Assembly (NCBI RefSeq): GCF_006345805.1
Contig: NC_043006.1
Span: forward strand, 81,282,001 to 81,346,000
From: Octopus sinensis
Taxonomy: Eukaryota
Direction: 5' to 3'
DNA: 64,000 nucleotides
Positions 30,054 through 43,370 of the stretch are shown here, in pieces; position 1 is the first letter of the stretch, and each line of letters begins with the position of its first letter. The position numbers were made by a program, and so were the translations under genes. The notes under the pieces are model-generated. The model had not been told where the DNA came from. It ran no database searches and saw nothing but the letters and a program-made list of their open reading frames with translations.

Positions 30054-31509
30054 ACACACATATATGTAAATATGTGCACGTATGTGTGTGTGTGTGTGTG
30101 TTGGTGTGTCTGTTCCGCTAAATTTTTATTTATATTGTTAAATTTTTAGCGTGTATTTCAATACCACAAATCTCCAAGAAGACCACGAGTCTGATATATT
30201 GTAGGGACAAAATTTATTGAAGGATTTTGTTGGCGACATCATATCATTCAGTAACAAAACTGTACACAATAAACTCCACAAACTACCTCTGTAGTACATA
30301 GCATAAATCATAATAATCAATAATTTTTACAATATGTTTGAATACCTGTCATTTTTGATAGGGCAATTTCGTCAGTGATTTAAAATAATAACAACTGGAG
30401 CAAATTTCAGCAATAATTAAATACCTTTATTTATTTTTTTAACATCAAAAATATAATAATTCTCTCCGGATACAATCTTTCAAATAATTTTCAATGAAAA
30501 TTTAATTATTGATAGTATACAATTTTATATAAAATAAATGGAATATATCTTATGTCAATGCATTTATTGAATACCAGATTTAGTTCATTTCTTTCAAATT
30601 GCTGTAAATATATATGAAGAGGTGCTGAAGAATTCCTGGTTTTTTGGATGTCGCGAAAGGCCTGGCTGGAGGCCTGACATTCCGAGTTCAAAACGACGTG
30701 CAAAAACGGAAGGACCGCAGCAATAAGTATGCGAATATGAGAAGGGAGTGTGTTGAATAAACTCATTTTCTGTATTTTCTTTTACCCAAAGCCAAGAATA
30801 TTTCAGTACTCACCTCGTATATGTGTGTGTGTGTGTGTGCGCGCGTCTCTGTGTGTATGTATGCATGTGTGTATATGTGAGTGTGTGTGAGTGTGTGTAT
30901 GTGTGTGTGTATATATATATATTTTTATCTACAAAACAGCATTCGTGTATTGGCCGTCCCGATGATCTGGTTGACAGTACTGTTCTAAATTGGTGTATAT
31001 AGATATGAAACGTAGAAACAAGGAGTTTGTGAGTGCGTATTCTGTTGCTAAAATAGTTCTATATATATATTTCTTGTTTACATAAATTTGGAAGCAAGTT
31101 TCTTAACTGCAAAGTTATGCCTTCGCCGACTTGGTAGAGAAAATTTAATAATCGATCCATATCAGACATCACAGAAGATAAATATTCACCATTCGAAGAA
31201 ATTTTAATAAAAATGTAAAAATGATAAAATATTTTCATTTTATGAGTATGTAAAAAAAAAATCCAATATAATTAAAAGAATTCCATTTCAATAATTGCCT
31301 TCATTTAAAATTATTGCATGCACTGATGAAATTATATGAGATATATTTGGTTATATTTTTAATAAACGTAATCAATATTGCCTTATTTGGAACACATTGT
31401 TAATAACATTTCCAGCGGCGTGTCATAAGGACTCTGAAAATGTTTTACAGAGATTTGAAGCTCGATTTCTAATGTTCTTGTGATTTTCACTTCGCCCGGG
31501 CCGAGAGTT

Positions 31510-31744
31510 CTCTTTTACTCTTTTACTTGTTTCAGTCATTGAACTGCGGCCATGCTGGAGCACCGTCTTTAGTCGAGCAAATCGACTCCAGGACTTATTT
31601 TGGAAGCCTAGTAATTATCCCATCGGTCAGTTTTGCCGAACCGCTGAGTTACGGGGACGTAGACACACCACCATCGGTTGTCAAGTGATGTCGGGGGACA
31701 AAGACACACAAACATATACACACACACATACATACATGCATACA

Positions 31745-31805
<61 letters not shown>

Positions 31806-31952
31806 GACGGGCTTCTTTCGGTTTCCATCTACCAAATCCACTGGATTTGGTCGGCCCGAGGCTATAGTAGAAGACACATGCCCAAGGTGTCACGCAGTGG
31901 GAATGAACTCGGGAACCATGTGGTTGGTAAGCAAGCTTCTTACCACACAGCC
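31510..31952 (-). mobile_element. Bipartite tRNA-derived SINE with an internal (TA)/(TG) microsatellite
   Basis: Head 'ggctgtgtggtaagaagcttgcttaccaaccacatggttcc', then a microsatellite, then tail 'gacaaccgatggtggtgtg...ccagcatggccgcag...gaaacaagtaaaaga'. Other pieces at 1-80, 1290-1480, 9055-9210, 13785-13950, 14465-14620, 24112-24265, 35712-35850, 54975-55110 and 56190-56310. Confidence 0.85.
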
Positions 31953-33073
31953 ATATATATATATATATATATACAGAGGCTAGACGATAGAGAGGGAGGG
32001 ACGGAGAGAGAGAAATAGTATAAATATTCAGATAACCCCGTATATAGGCACCTTAACCTTTCTTTAATAAACTGTCTAAAGTAACTCAATTAAAACCAAA
32101 ATTTATTTGTGAATACTAGATTTTATAAAAGAAGATTTATCTTACATATAGAACACGTATATGTTCAGAAACTAAAAAAATGTAGTCGTTATATCTTAAA
32201 TTTCAAGCCACCATGTAGAATACCAATTATTTCCATATTAGTATTGTTTTATAAAACACAAAATACAGAACCAACGAACGCAAAGCGAAGCATTGGTAGT
32301 CATTATACAATTTCTGACAAGGAAATATTTCTTGTTTCTTACTCATAAGGCATATATTTCAGATTAAGTTTAAAGCCAGAATTTGTCATCTATCGCAGGA
32401 ATTTTCTCTTATATACTGCCTTTGAATCACTATTCAAATTCTCATATCGCTTAGAAGTTTACGTAGAATTACAGCTTAAGATGAGTGTGAAATAAATGCT
32501 TTTCCAGGTATTGATTTTCTATTTGGGATAATATAGATGTTATTCTTATGTGCATCCTTAAAATCTGTATCCAATTTTAATTATATCTGCTTGCAGTTCT
32601 CGTGGAAATTGCACATTTTATAAATGCCCTTATATTTATTTCGAATCCTTTATGTATGTATGTATGTGTATATGTATGTATGTATGTATATATGTATGTA
32701 TGTACATATGTATAAATATATATATATATATATATATATTATATAATATATATAGATATATATACATACATTTATACATACATATAATACTTACATATAC
32801 ATAAATACACACATGCCTGCATACATACACACACATATATATTATATATATATATAATATATATATATATAATATATATGTATATACAAGTGCATGATAG
32901 TACATAATACATGCATAATACATACATACTTACATACATACATATATACACAAAGCGCGGGCTTGATACATAACTAGATTGATGTAGATTTAGATATATA
33001 CATGCAAAACACTGTTTCATTACATTAAACATTTTCATTTTCTTCGATATCGTTCTATAGAATTATCACAAAT

Positions 33074-33109
<36 letters not shown>

Positions 33110-33337
33110 AAATATGCTATGTTAATTCTTAGAATTCGTTCCATAGTCATGTTTGCCAAAAGTATATCGCTCGAACATATATTGAGACAAACACTAATAT
33201 TACAGTTTTCTTTCACTGCTAGAGGATATTTACTCAAAATACTGACTGTTGAACGGAAAATGTTGGCAAATAAAAATGTAGAGGGTGAAATGGAGAGACA
33301 AACAAAATATATCTTAGGGTATCACTCTTATTACAAA

Positions 33338-33733
33338 CTAGCAGTATCGCCCGGTGTTGCTCGGGTTTGTAAGGGAAATAACTATATAAGCATTTTTAGA
33401 GATGTAAAGTATAATAGCCATCTCAATATGGCTAACCACAAAGGGAGGGGTGTTACTGTAGCTTTTTACGTTCTGAGATTTAATAATAAATTTTTAGAGA
33501 GTTACTTCCCTTATATATGCCAAAAATGCATTAAAATGGGAAAAATGATGGTAATTTTTTTCTAATCGTAGACTCATCGTAAGACGCGCGCTAATACCAG
33601 AAAAAGGCTCGATATGAATCACGACTATAAGATACCCAGTTTTGGTTTTAAACGCACCGCAAAATGTGGGAGTAGTTAGGAATCTAAATCGAAGGAGACA
33701 GACAGCACACAACCTCACTTTTATATATAAAGA
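33338..33733 (-). mobile_element. Non-autonomous Helitron (~396 bp)
   Basis: Minus strand A|TCTTTATATATAAAAG...CCCGAGCAACACCGGGCGATACTGCTAG|T; the same 3' end as 15026-15418. Confidence 0.85.
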
Positions 33734-34611
33734 TTACATCAAACGATATTAATAGTTTCGAAGGCAGCTGGTTGTCAATGAGTAAGACAAAATTCATTGC
33801 AGCATTCTTAGCAATATAAGGAATCAACAGGATAAATTGATTGGACATCATACAAGACTTCAAAGCCTTCAGCATTTGTCGACATACAGGGAAGGAAAGA
33901 AGTGAAAACCGGGGAAAAAAAAGCAGAGAGAAAATACTCGACGGTCTTTCAAGCTGGTTTGAGACAACACGCTAAGTTATTGTTTGTGTGATGTAGGATA
34001 AACGGGAAGTTCAAGATAGTGCAAACGTATCAGGTTGGCACATAAAGAAGGATTTAGGTATGGATATTTGCGTTTTGAATCTAAATCCCAGCCGTGTCGT
34101 CTTTGCTATGTCGTCCATGCTTCTGAGGTCTTTGTCGTGTCGTCCATGCTTCTGAGATCGATGAAGTCAAGTACGATAGTCGATAAAACTGGCTGTTCCT
34201 TCCCCACAAATTTCAGTAATGAATATTGATTAATAGACTCATTGGAGGTGGATTGGTGGAATCGTTAGAGCTTCAGGCAAATATTGTTGCAATATTCTAA
34301 AGTAAATGAAATAAAATAGTCGTAAAATACCAGTGTACATGTAGTCTAATCATTTTTTATATTCTCCCTCTTCCAATCCAAGAAAGAATAATAATTCATA
34401 ATAACAATAATCTTTACGACCGAAGACTCAAGGCCTGAAATTTGAAGGAAGGGGACCAGTCGATTACATCGACACCAGTACTCAACTAGTACTTAATTTA
34501 TCGACCCCGAAAGGATGAAAGTTAATGTCGACCTCGGCAGAACGTAAAGATGGATGAAATGCCCTTAACCATTTCACCCGGTGTACTAACCATTCTTTTA
34601 GCTCACCGCCT

Positions 34612-34646
34612 TAATAATAATAATAACAATAATGATGATGATGATG

Positions 34647-34686
<40 letters not shown>

Positions 34687-34826
34687 GGATTATGACGACG
34701 ATGATGATGATGACGACGACGACGATGACGACGACGATGATGATGATGATGATGACGATGACGATGATAATGAGGATGATGATGATGATGATGATGATGA
34801 CGACGACGACGACGATGATGATGATA
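34612..34826. repeat. (AAT)n/(GAT)n/(GAC)n microsatellite
   Basis: Directly visible. Confidence 0.95.
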
Positions 34827-35616
34827 GTTTCAAAATTTTGGCATAAGGTCCACAGCTTCGTAAGTCAATTACATCGAATCCCCGTACTCAACTGTTACTT
34901 ATTTTATCGATCTCGGAATTATGAAATGCACAGAAGAACAACAATAATAACAACACGAACATCATCTTCAACAACAACAACAGCAAGCACAACGGGAACA
35001 TGAAAAACAAAAACAGAAAATGAAATTTTTTTCCAACAACGAAAGAAAAAACAGAAAAATGAGACAGGCAACATAAAGAACAATCCCTTCATTAGTTGTC
35101 CCTTTTTTATCTACTCTGCCTTTCGAAGGTAGAGACAACAAGGCGACTTTTTAAGTCTGCCTTCAAAACGCGGAGTAGATAAAACAGGGGACAACTAATT
35201 AAGGGAATTTTGTTTTCTGTCTCGTTTCTCTATTTGTGTCTTTCGTTATTCGAAAAACTGTTCGTTTTCTATGTTTCACTTTTTTAAGTTCCCGTATCTC
35301 ATTTTGTCCAAATCGTTTAATGTCCTGTACCCATATATGCATATATATAAACATATATATCTAGGTATGTACATATATGTATGTATATATGCTTATATTT
35401 ATATTTTATCTATATCATTATATGATCGAACGCCACGCATCCTTTTCCAAGTAAGTTATATATATATATATAAATATATATAACAGATAATGGTGTCATT
35501 GAAGCCCAAAGGTGTCAGGTAATGCTGAATAAGTGCTATAGACAAATCATAGTTAAGTTCCAGATTCGTTAATATTGCGAATAGAGGGTTCAACGTTGGT
35601 TCTATGTCAGCGTGTG

Positions 35617-35692
35617 TATATATGAATTTTTTGCGTAATGAGATAAAAATCCAAGGTTTTTTTTATCTCATTACGCAAAAATTCATATATAT
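35617..35692. repeat. Near-perfect ~30-bp-arm hairpin next to (TA)n
   Basis: atatgaattttttgcgtaatgagataaaaa / tttttatctcattacgcaaaaattcatat. Confidence 0.85.
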
Positions 35693-36414
35693 ATATATAT
35701 ATATATATATGAGCTCTTTCATTTTCAGTTTACCAAATCCACTCAAAAGGATTGGGTTAGCCTGAGGTTTTAGAAGACATTTGAGAAATATACCACAACC
35801 ATGTTCTTGGGAACCAAGCTTCTTACCACACAGCTACACCTGCACCTATGTATAAATGCAGAATTCCAAAAGCAATATCGACAATATATACTCTACCAGA
35901 CGTAATATCAAAATCAATATTTGAAATCAATATCTAGTAACATAGTTAAAAGACATGAGTATATTATTTGGCTAATTATTATTACTATTATTATTATTAT
36001 TTTGGCTATTTTGTGCAAGGAATGGCATTACTATTTTGACTTAGTTTGAATAGTCAATTTAAAGTAACTTTTCTTAATTGCACTTCAAGCTATATATACA
36101 CGCGCACACACACACACATACACACACACACACACATACTTAAATATGTTTCAAAGAAAATTCTTTTTCAGTTATTTAAAAAGCAATGTGCATTATTTTA
36201 GATGTTTAAGAAGGGGGAAAAAACAATTGTGTACACCTAAAATGTTTTCATTTCCGGAATGAAAGATATAAGCATCTGACTTCTAAATATTGTCAGAGAA
36301 ACTGCTGCTTTTATCATTTAGATATTTCCTATGATCTCCATCATGACTAAGTACACATGTGTGTATTTGTATATAGATAGATAGATATATTCATATATAT
36401 ATATATATATAATC

Positions 36415-36446
<32 letters not shown>

Positions 36447-36637
36447 TTATATATAATATAATAATAACATATATAATAATATATATTATATAACATATTA
36501 TATATATATACATATATAATATATTACATACATATATATAATCTATATATATATAAATATACTATATAAGATATATATTATATATATATATATTATATAT
36601 CACATATATATATACATATATAATATATATACATTAT

Positions 36638-36674
<37 letters not shown>

Positions 36675-36675
36675 G

Positions 36676-36706
<31 letters not shown>

Positions 36707-37163
36707 CATACATACATATACATATATGACATTACTGACAACTTGTAGCTTTAGCTCCATCTCTTAGAATTTCGTTAAGTAAATTACTCGCTTCTCCCCC
36801 CTTTGCTTAAATTCTGACTGTCCCTTAGTTTCGACCGACCCTTGTTCACTGTACACCCGCCCAAATCCACCCCCACCGCCAATACCGGATATCTCTCCAT
36901 TCTCTCCCCTTCTCCTTCTTATCTCTTTTCTTCTCTTTTTCTATCTCCCCCTCTCTTTATTCCCCTCCCTTGTCCCTATGAAATGAAGTGAAGCAAAAAG
37001 CTACTGCTGCCATTACTACTGCTATTACCACTGCCTCTGCTACTGCTGATAGTGATATTGCTGCTGCTGCTGATGATGATGAATATTAGTGGTTAAAAAT
37101 AAATATATAAAATAAACGTAGGAAAAAGAATGAAAAATCTAATAATTTAACATTACTTGAAAA

Positions 37164-40100
37164 GGTAGTGGCTAGCGAATTTCTTCACTACCTCAGGGAG
37201 TGACGACCCTGCCTGACACGAGTTCCGGGCTCAGCTGGCTCCGGCTGACAGTACCCGGTATGGGCCCCTATCCTGGGTTACGGAAAGGAGACAACTTCAA
37301 AGAAATCCGGAGTGGAGCCCCGAAGGCGGTTTAGTGTTCGACTCGACACTCTTCCTGCAGCTCCTGCAATCAAGCTGGTGCCAAACGTAATGCACTGCAC
37401 TCCTTTGGACTACATCAGCAAGGTCGAGAGAGGAAACCTGACGATTGGGCTACCCAGAACTTTCTTATCTCTAGCTCAGGCCTGCGCAAAACTGGAGAGT
37501 ACACTTCAGTGCTGCTGTAAAAAGCTGCAGAAACAACACGGGAGGTAACAGTTACGAGTGATAAGTCCATTCAGATTGGCGTAAAATATGGGCGCTACGG
37601 GTTACCTCTGACGGTGGGAGGGACCTCCGTGTCCTCTTGGTTAGCTACTGCCCACCTCAAGCTGGGCAGCGCCCAGTTAATAAGGTGCTGACCCGCTACA
37701 GGCCGCCTGCTTCATTGGGTACTTGGAGCTAAGAGTATGACTTGAAAAGCGGCCTGCAACCTCTGCACCAGGCAAACAACTAAAAGTCAAGAAACCACCA
37801 GTCCTGCGGTTGGCAAGCTGGAATGTCAGGACATGTGCCCTGGAATATCTGATGATCTACTCAGGGTTGAAGAAGACACAAGGAAAAACGGCCATCATGA
37901 CCGTGAACTAAAGAGGCTCAACATAGACATTGCTGGGCTACAGGAGACAAGACTTCCCTCAAACGGCAAACTCAAAGAGCAGGATTTCACCTTCTTTTGG
38001 CAGGGAAGAGATCCAGAAGAACTTCGTCAACATGGCGTTGGCTTTGCAGTGAGAAACTCATTACTCTCATCAATAGAACCACCATCAGGAGGCACTGAGC
38101 GTATCCTCTCACTGCGCCTCTCGACGTCTGGCTCAGTACATCTACTCAGCATCTATGCTCCCACTCTCTACAGCTCTCTACAGTTCTACAAAGATCTCAA
38201 CTGTGTCATAGAAAATATACCAACGACTGAAAATATCTACCTTCTAGGGGATTTTAACGCTCGCGTGGGATCTGACCATGATTCGTGGCTCATTTGTATT
38301 GGACACTTTGGTATTGGCAACATGAATGACAATGGTCAGAGACTACTCGAATTCTGCACATACCATAACCTGTGCCATCACAAACAATTCTTTACAACAA
38401 AGCCATCCACAAGGCATCTTGGAGACATCCAAGATCTCACCACTGGCATCAGCTGGATCTCATCATTACACGGAGATCCTTTCTGAATTCTATTCTATTG
38501 ACCCACAGTTACCACAGCGCGGATTGTGACACAGACCACTCACTAATTAGAAGTAGGGTGAGGATTCTGCCTAAAAAAGTCCATCGCTCCAAGAAAGTGG
38601 GCCGACCACGCATTAACACTGCCAGAACCTCGGACCCTACACTGCGAAAATGTTTTGCTGCTTCTATCAAGGTTGTCCTCAGTAGCTGCCCAACCTCCTC
38701 TGCTGAAAGTAGGTGGAACTATATCAGGGCAGCTCTGTATACGACATCAATAGATACTTTCGGCATGAGAGAAAGGCAAAACCCAGATTGGTTCAATGCT
38801 GGGCTCTCAGAGCTGGAGCCAGTTATCGATGCAAAGCGTGCAGCTCTGATGCAATACAAGAATGACTCTTCTACAAATTCACTCGAAGAACTCAGAAAGG
38901 CAAGAAATAAAACCCAACTGACAGCCAGACGCTGTGTAAACAGGTATTGGCAGGAAATCTGTCAGAGTATCCAGCCAGCTGCTGACAGGGGCGACACCCG
39001 TGGGATGTATGCCGGTTTGAAGAAGGCCCTCGGTCCATCCGCAACCAAGTCAGCCCCTCTGAAATCAACTACTGGAGATCTCATCAGGGATCAAAGCAAG
39101 CAAATGGATAGATGGATGGAGCACTACCAGGATCTCTACTCACGAGAGACTACAGTGGCTGAGGCTGCAGTCGAGAGTGTCAAGATCTTGCCAGTAATGT
39201 GCGAACTTGACAGTCCGCCATCTATAGCAGAGCTCACCGAGGCTGTTGACTCCCTAGCAAGAAACAAGGCTCCGGGAAAAGACGGCATCCCCTCAGAGAT
39301 CATCAAAGCCGGCAAAAACACCATCCTGCTTCGGCACCTTCATGAGCTTCTGTGTCAGTGCTGGGAAGAGGGTACAGTCCCTCAGGATATGCGGGATGCT
39401 AACATCATTACGCTTTACAAAAACAAAGGTGACCGTGGTGATTGTAACAATTACCGTGGAATATCTCTTCTAAGCCCTATCCTGGCCAGGCTACAACTAC
39501 TTGCTTCTCAAATCTATCCGGAATCGCAGGGTGGCTTTAGAAGAAGCAGATCAACTATCGATATGATATTCTCCATACGCCAACTTCAGGAGAAGTCCAG
39601 AGCAGAAAATGCCATTATATATGGCCTTCATTGATCTAACAAAGGCCTTTGACTCGGTAAGCAGAACAGGCCTCTTCATCCTACTCCAAAAAATCGGATG
39701 TCCACCAAAGCTGCTGAGGATCATCAAGTCTTTCCATGATGACATGCAAGGCACCATACAGCACAAAGGTTCAACATCAGCCGCCTTCCAAATAAAAAAC
39801 GGGGTAAAGCAAGGTTGTGTCCTCGCTCCTACATTGTTTGACATCTTCTTCTCGCTCTTACTCTCACATGCCTTTCAGACATCAGATGATGGAGTGTTTC
39901 TGCACAGTAGAAGTGACGGGAAACTGTTCAATCTCTCGCGCCTGCGTGCCAAGACCAAAATCAGAAACGTCCTGATCAAGGCGATGCTATTTGCTGATGA
40001 TGTCGCTTTGGTATAACACACAGAAGAAGCCCTCCAAAGGCTCATTAACTGTTTTGAGCAAGCATGTAACGACTTTGGCTTAGCTATCAGCCTTAAGAAG

Positions 40101-40975
40101 ACCAACATCATGGGTCACGCTACACCAGACATCCCAAACATACATATTAGAGACCACAGATTACAAGAGGTGGAGAAGTTTACCTATCTCGGCTCTACCG
40201 TCACCTACAACCTATCCCTTGACGCTGAGCTCAATATACGCATTGGCAAGGCAGCTGCTGCGATGGCCCAACTCTCCAAACGGGCTTGGGACAACAATAA
40301 GCTGACCAAGACCACGAAAATGAAGATCTACCAGACATGTGTAGTTAGCACCCTACTGTATGGAAGTAAGACTTGGATGCTATACACACGCCAAGAGCGT
40401 CGCCTAAACATTTTTCACCTGCGCTGCCTCCGAAAAATCCTCCGCATCAAATGGCAGAATCATATCCCCAACAAAGATGTCCTCAGGCAAGCAGGAATAC
40501 CAAGCATGTTTGCACTCCTCACACAAAGACGTATGAGATGGCTTGAGCATGTTAGCCGTATGAAAGATGGCAGAATCCCCAAGGATATACTCTACGGAGA
40601 GCTTGCTAGGGGTACTACGTCTGTGGGTAGACCGTTCTTACGTTACAAGGATGTTTGCAAAAGGGACATCATGAAAGCCTGCAACATCAATATTAGCGGT
40701 TGGGAGGCAGTTGCCGGCAACCGTGGAGACTGGCGACGTACCGTAAAAGAGGGAATACAAAGGAGTGACAGAGAGAGAAAGGAGAAATGAAAGACAAAAA
40801 AAGACGTCAACAAGAAACTATGGCATTACAACCAGCCAGGAACAGTCTTCGTTACATTTGCGGTACCTGCCAGAGGGAGTGTTTGTCCAGGATAGGACTA
40901 CACAGCCACAGCAGGAAATGTATCAGGACATGAAATGTAAAAGCTGGAGTAGACTACTTTATGCGCAACTCCATT
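37164..40975 (+). mobile_element. RTE-clade (BovB-like) LINE, near full length, inactivated
   Basis: Structured ~600-bp 5' UTR. APE motifs LASWNVRT, LQETR, GVGFAV, IYAPT, GDFNARVG, DTDH. RT motifs KAPGKDG, NYRGISLL, FIDLTKAFDSV, GVKQGCVLAPTLF, LFADD, FTYLGS. C-terminal RMRWLEHV..RIPK..GRP and YICGTCQRECLSRIGLHSH. Confidence 0.95.
37790..40930 (+). pseudogene. Frameshifted APE-endonuclease/reverse-transcriptase ORF of the RTE LINE
   Basis: Successive ORF pieces 37833-38486, 38372-39634, 39609-40016 and 40110-40790 are separated by frameshifts and a stop. Confidence 0.92.
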
Positions 40976-41046
40976 ATATATATATATATATATTGGTTGT
41001 TGTTGGCATCCTTTTTGTCTCGGGAGACAATGGAGTTGCGCATAAA

Positions 41047-41085
<39 letters not shown>

Positions 41086-41352
41086 TTGCTGTTGGCATCT
41101 TTTTGTCTCGGGAGACAATGGAGTTGCGCATAAAGTACTCTAGTCCGGCTTTTACATATATATACATATATATATGTATATATATACATACACATGTAGT
41201 AATACATTATCTGTGATACTAGGTGTAGTAGTATGATAATGGTTGTTGTATTGGTAATGTGTTGGATGTGGTGTTGATGGTGACTATATTAGTTTTAGAA
41301 GTTGTTTTTGTTATACGGCAAATAATATAAGAACTATAAAGTAATCCCTTCT

Positions 41353-41716
41353 TATTTCTTTACTGCCCATAAGGGGCTACCTACAGAGGGGACAAACAAG
41401 GACAGATAAACAGATTAAATCAATTATATCTACCCCGGTGCGTCACTGATACTTATTTAATCGACCCCGAAAGGATGAAAGGCAAGTTCACCCTCGGCAG
41501 AATTTGAACTCAGAACGTAACGGCAGACAAAATACCGTTAAGCATTTCGCCCAGCGTACTAACGTTTCTGCCACCACGTCGCCTTAATTTCGCCCGGCGT
41601 GCTAACGTTTCTGCCACCACGTCGCCTTAATTTCGCCCGGCGTGCTAACGTTTCTGCCACCACGTCGCCTTAATTTCGCCCGGCGTGCTAACGTTTCTGC
41701 CAGCTCGTCTCCTTAA
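41353..41716 (-). mobile_element. Meta-domain-like SINE with a fourfold 43-bp head and a TSD
   Basis: Contains 'gcctttcatcctttcggggtcga'. TSD AAGTAATCCCTTCT on both sides. Other copies at 5075-5220, 23852-24070, 34430-34612, 41740-41918, 51905-52080 and 62990-63135. Confidence 0.82.
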
Positions 41717-42022
41717 AGTAATCCCTTCTGCTATAGAATCAAGGCCTGAATTTGAGGGGAAAGGGTAACTAGATTTCATCGAACTCAGTGCTCAACTTTT
41801 ATTGACCCGGGAAGGATGAAAGTCTACCACGGGGGATATGAACTCTACTTCAATACAGAGGAAATCTCGCTAAGCATTTTGCGCGGTATGGTTACAAGTC
41901 TGCCATCTTGCTGTCTTAGAAGTATGAAATAATAGTGATTGACCGATGTTGATGATAATGGTAACAATGATGGTTACAGTAACAAAACCAGCTACGGTTG
42001 TATCAAGTATAGATATATCAGA

Positions 42023-42535
42023 CAGTTTGGTGGAGAATAATATGGATAGTCGGGTCCTGGGAGACCCGACTTGTATTGACAGCCCAGAGGGGCCTCCGCA
42101 GGTGGGTGCGCTGGTGCTGGAAAGAAAATACTGTGATCATATAATTGACTCGTGTAAAAATGAGAATTATAGAATTCTTTTTTGCAGCCTCGGATTGCGG
42201 TTGCAGGAATGCCTGCAAGTTGCAAGAAAATTACTCGGGGAAGGATTGTAGAGGTTTATCGCCTCCAATTTGCATATAAATTGTGTTTTATTATTGTATG
42301 GACTTGTGAGACCAAATATATTGTATTTTAAATTGTAAGAGGGTTGATGCCTCTGTATATGATGTTTTTAAAAGAACAATGTTTCAGAGAAGCAGACGGT
42401 CGGCAGGTGCTTTCTGCCTTCTCCCATCTTTATCATTTTTGTATCATAATCATTCGCCTCATCAATGTCTATGTCCAGCCCGCAAAGCTACCTTATCTAT
42501 GTGCAGCCTACATGGCAAATTAAATGAATAAAAGC
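42023..42535 (+). mobile_element. TSD-flanked ~513-bp insertion, probably a 5'-truncated LINE 3' end
   Basis: 14-bp direct repeat ATAGATATATCAGA at 42009-42022 and 42536-42549. An ORF remnant ends at 42251 and AATAAA lies at the 3' end. Confidence 0.55.
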
Positions 42536-42874
42536 ATAGATATATCAGAGATAGTACCAGTTATTACTTTTCAATGTTATATTGGACATGACCTATTATG
42601 TTTTATTAATTCGCAGTTATCCACTATACACTATGGTGGATATATTACACTATTGTAATTTAGAAATTGTATTTTATAATTCAGTCAAGTCCTGTACATT
42701 TCACGACGGGAAGCAGTCATGAATAAATAATATACAAAAATAATGCCTTAAATTATTTACTACACTTGAGAAATTGCTTAAGGCTGAAACAGTCATAGGA
42801 AGATCTCTTGAATACGAAATTTACAACTCTGAAAGAAGTCTGCTTCGAACGAACAAAATCAGTAGTGAAAACAT

Positions 42875-43174
42875 TAAGTATGTATGTATACATGTATGTA
42901 CGTATGTATGTATGTATGTACGTACGTACGTACGTATGTATGTATGTATGTATGTATGTATGTATGTATGTATGTATGTATGTATGTATGAATGTATGCA
43001 CTTATGTATGTACGTATGTATGTATGTATGTATGTATGTATGTATGTATGTATGTATGTATGTATGTCTACGTTTGTAGTACATACGTATGTATATATTC
43101 ATGTATCTACGTACGTATGCATGTTTGTTTGCATGTATGTATATGTGTATTTATAAATGTGTGAGTGTGTATGC

Positions 43175-43207
<33 letters not shown>

Positions 43208-43370
43208 TGTATGTATGTATGTATGTATGTATGTATGTACGTATGTATGTATGTATGTTTGAAGTACATACGTATGTATATATTCATGTATCTACGTACG
43301 TATGCATGTTTGTTTGAATGTATGTATATGTGTATTTATATATGTGTGAGTGTGTATGCATGTATGTATG
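42875..43370. repeat. (ATGT)n microsatellite with a ~185-bp tandem duplication
   Basis: The block 'agtacatacgtatgtatatattcatgtatctacg...' occurs at ~43078 and ~43263. Confidence 0.9.

Noticed and set aside
37833-40790. Active LINE CDS
   Set aside because: It contains multiple frameshifts, an in-frame stop and small deletions.
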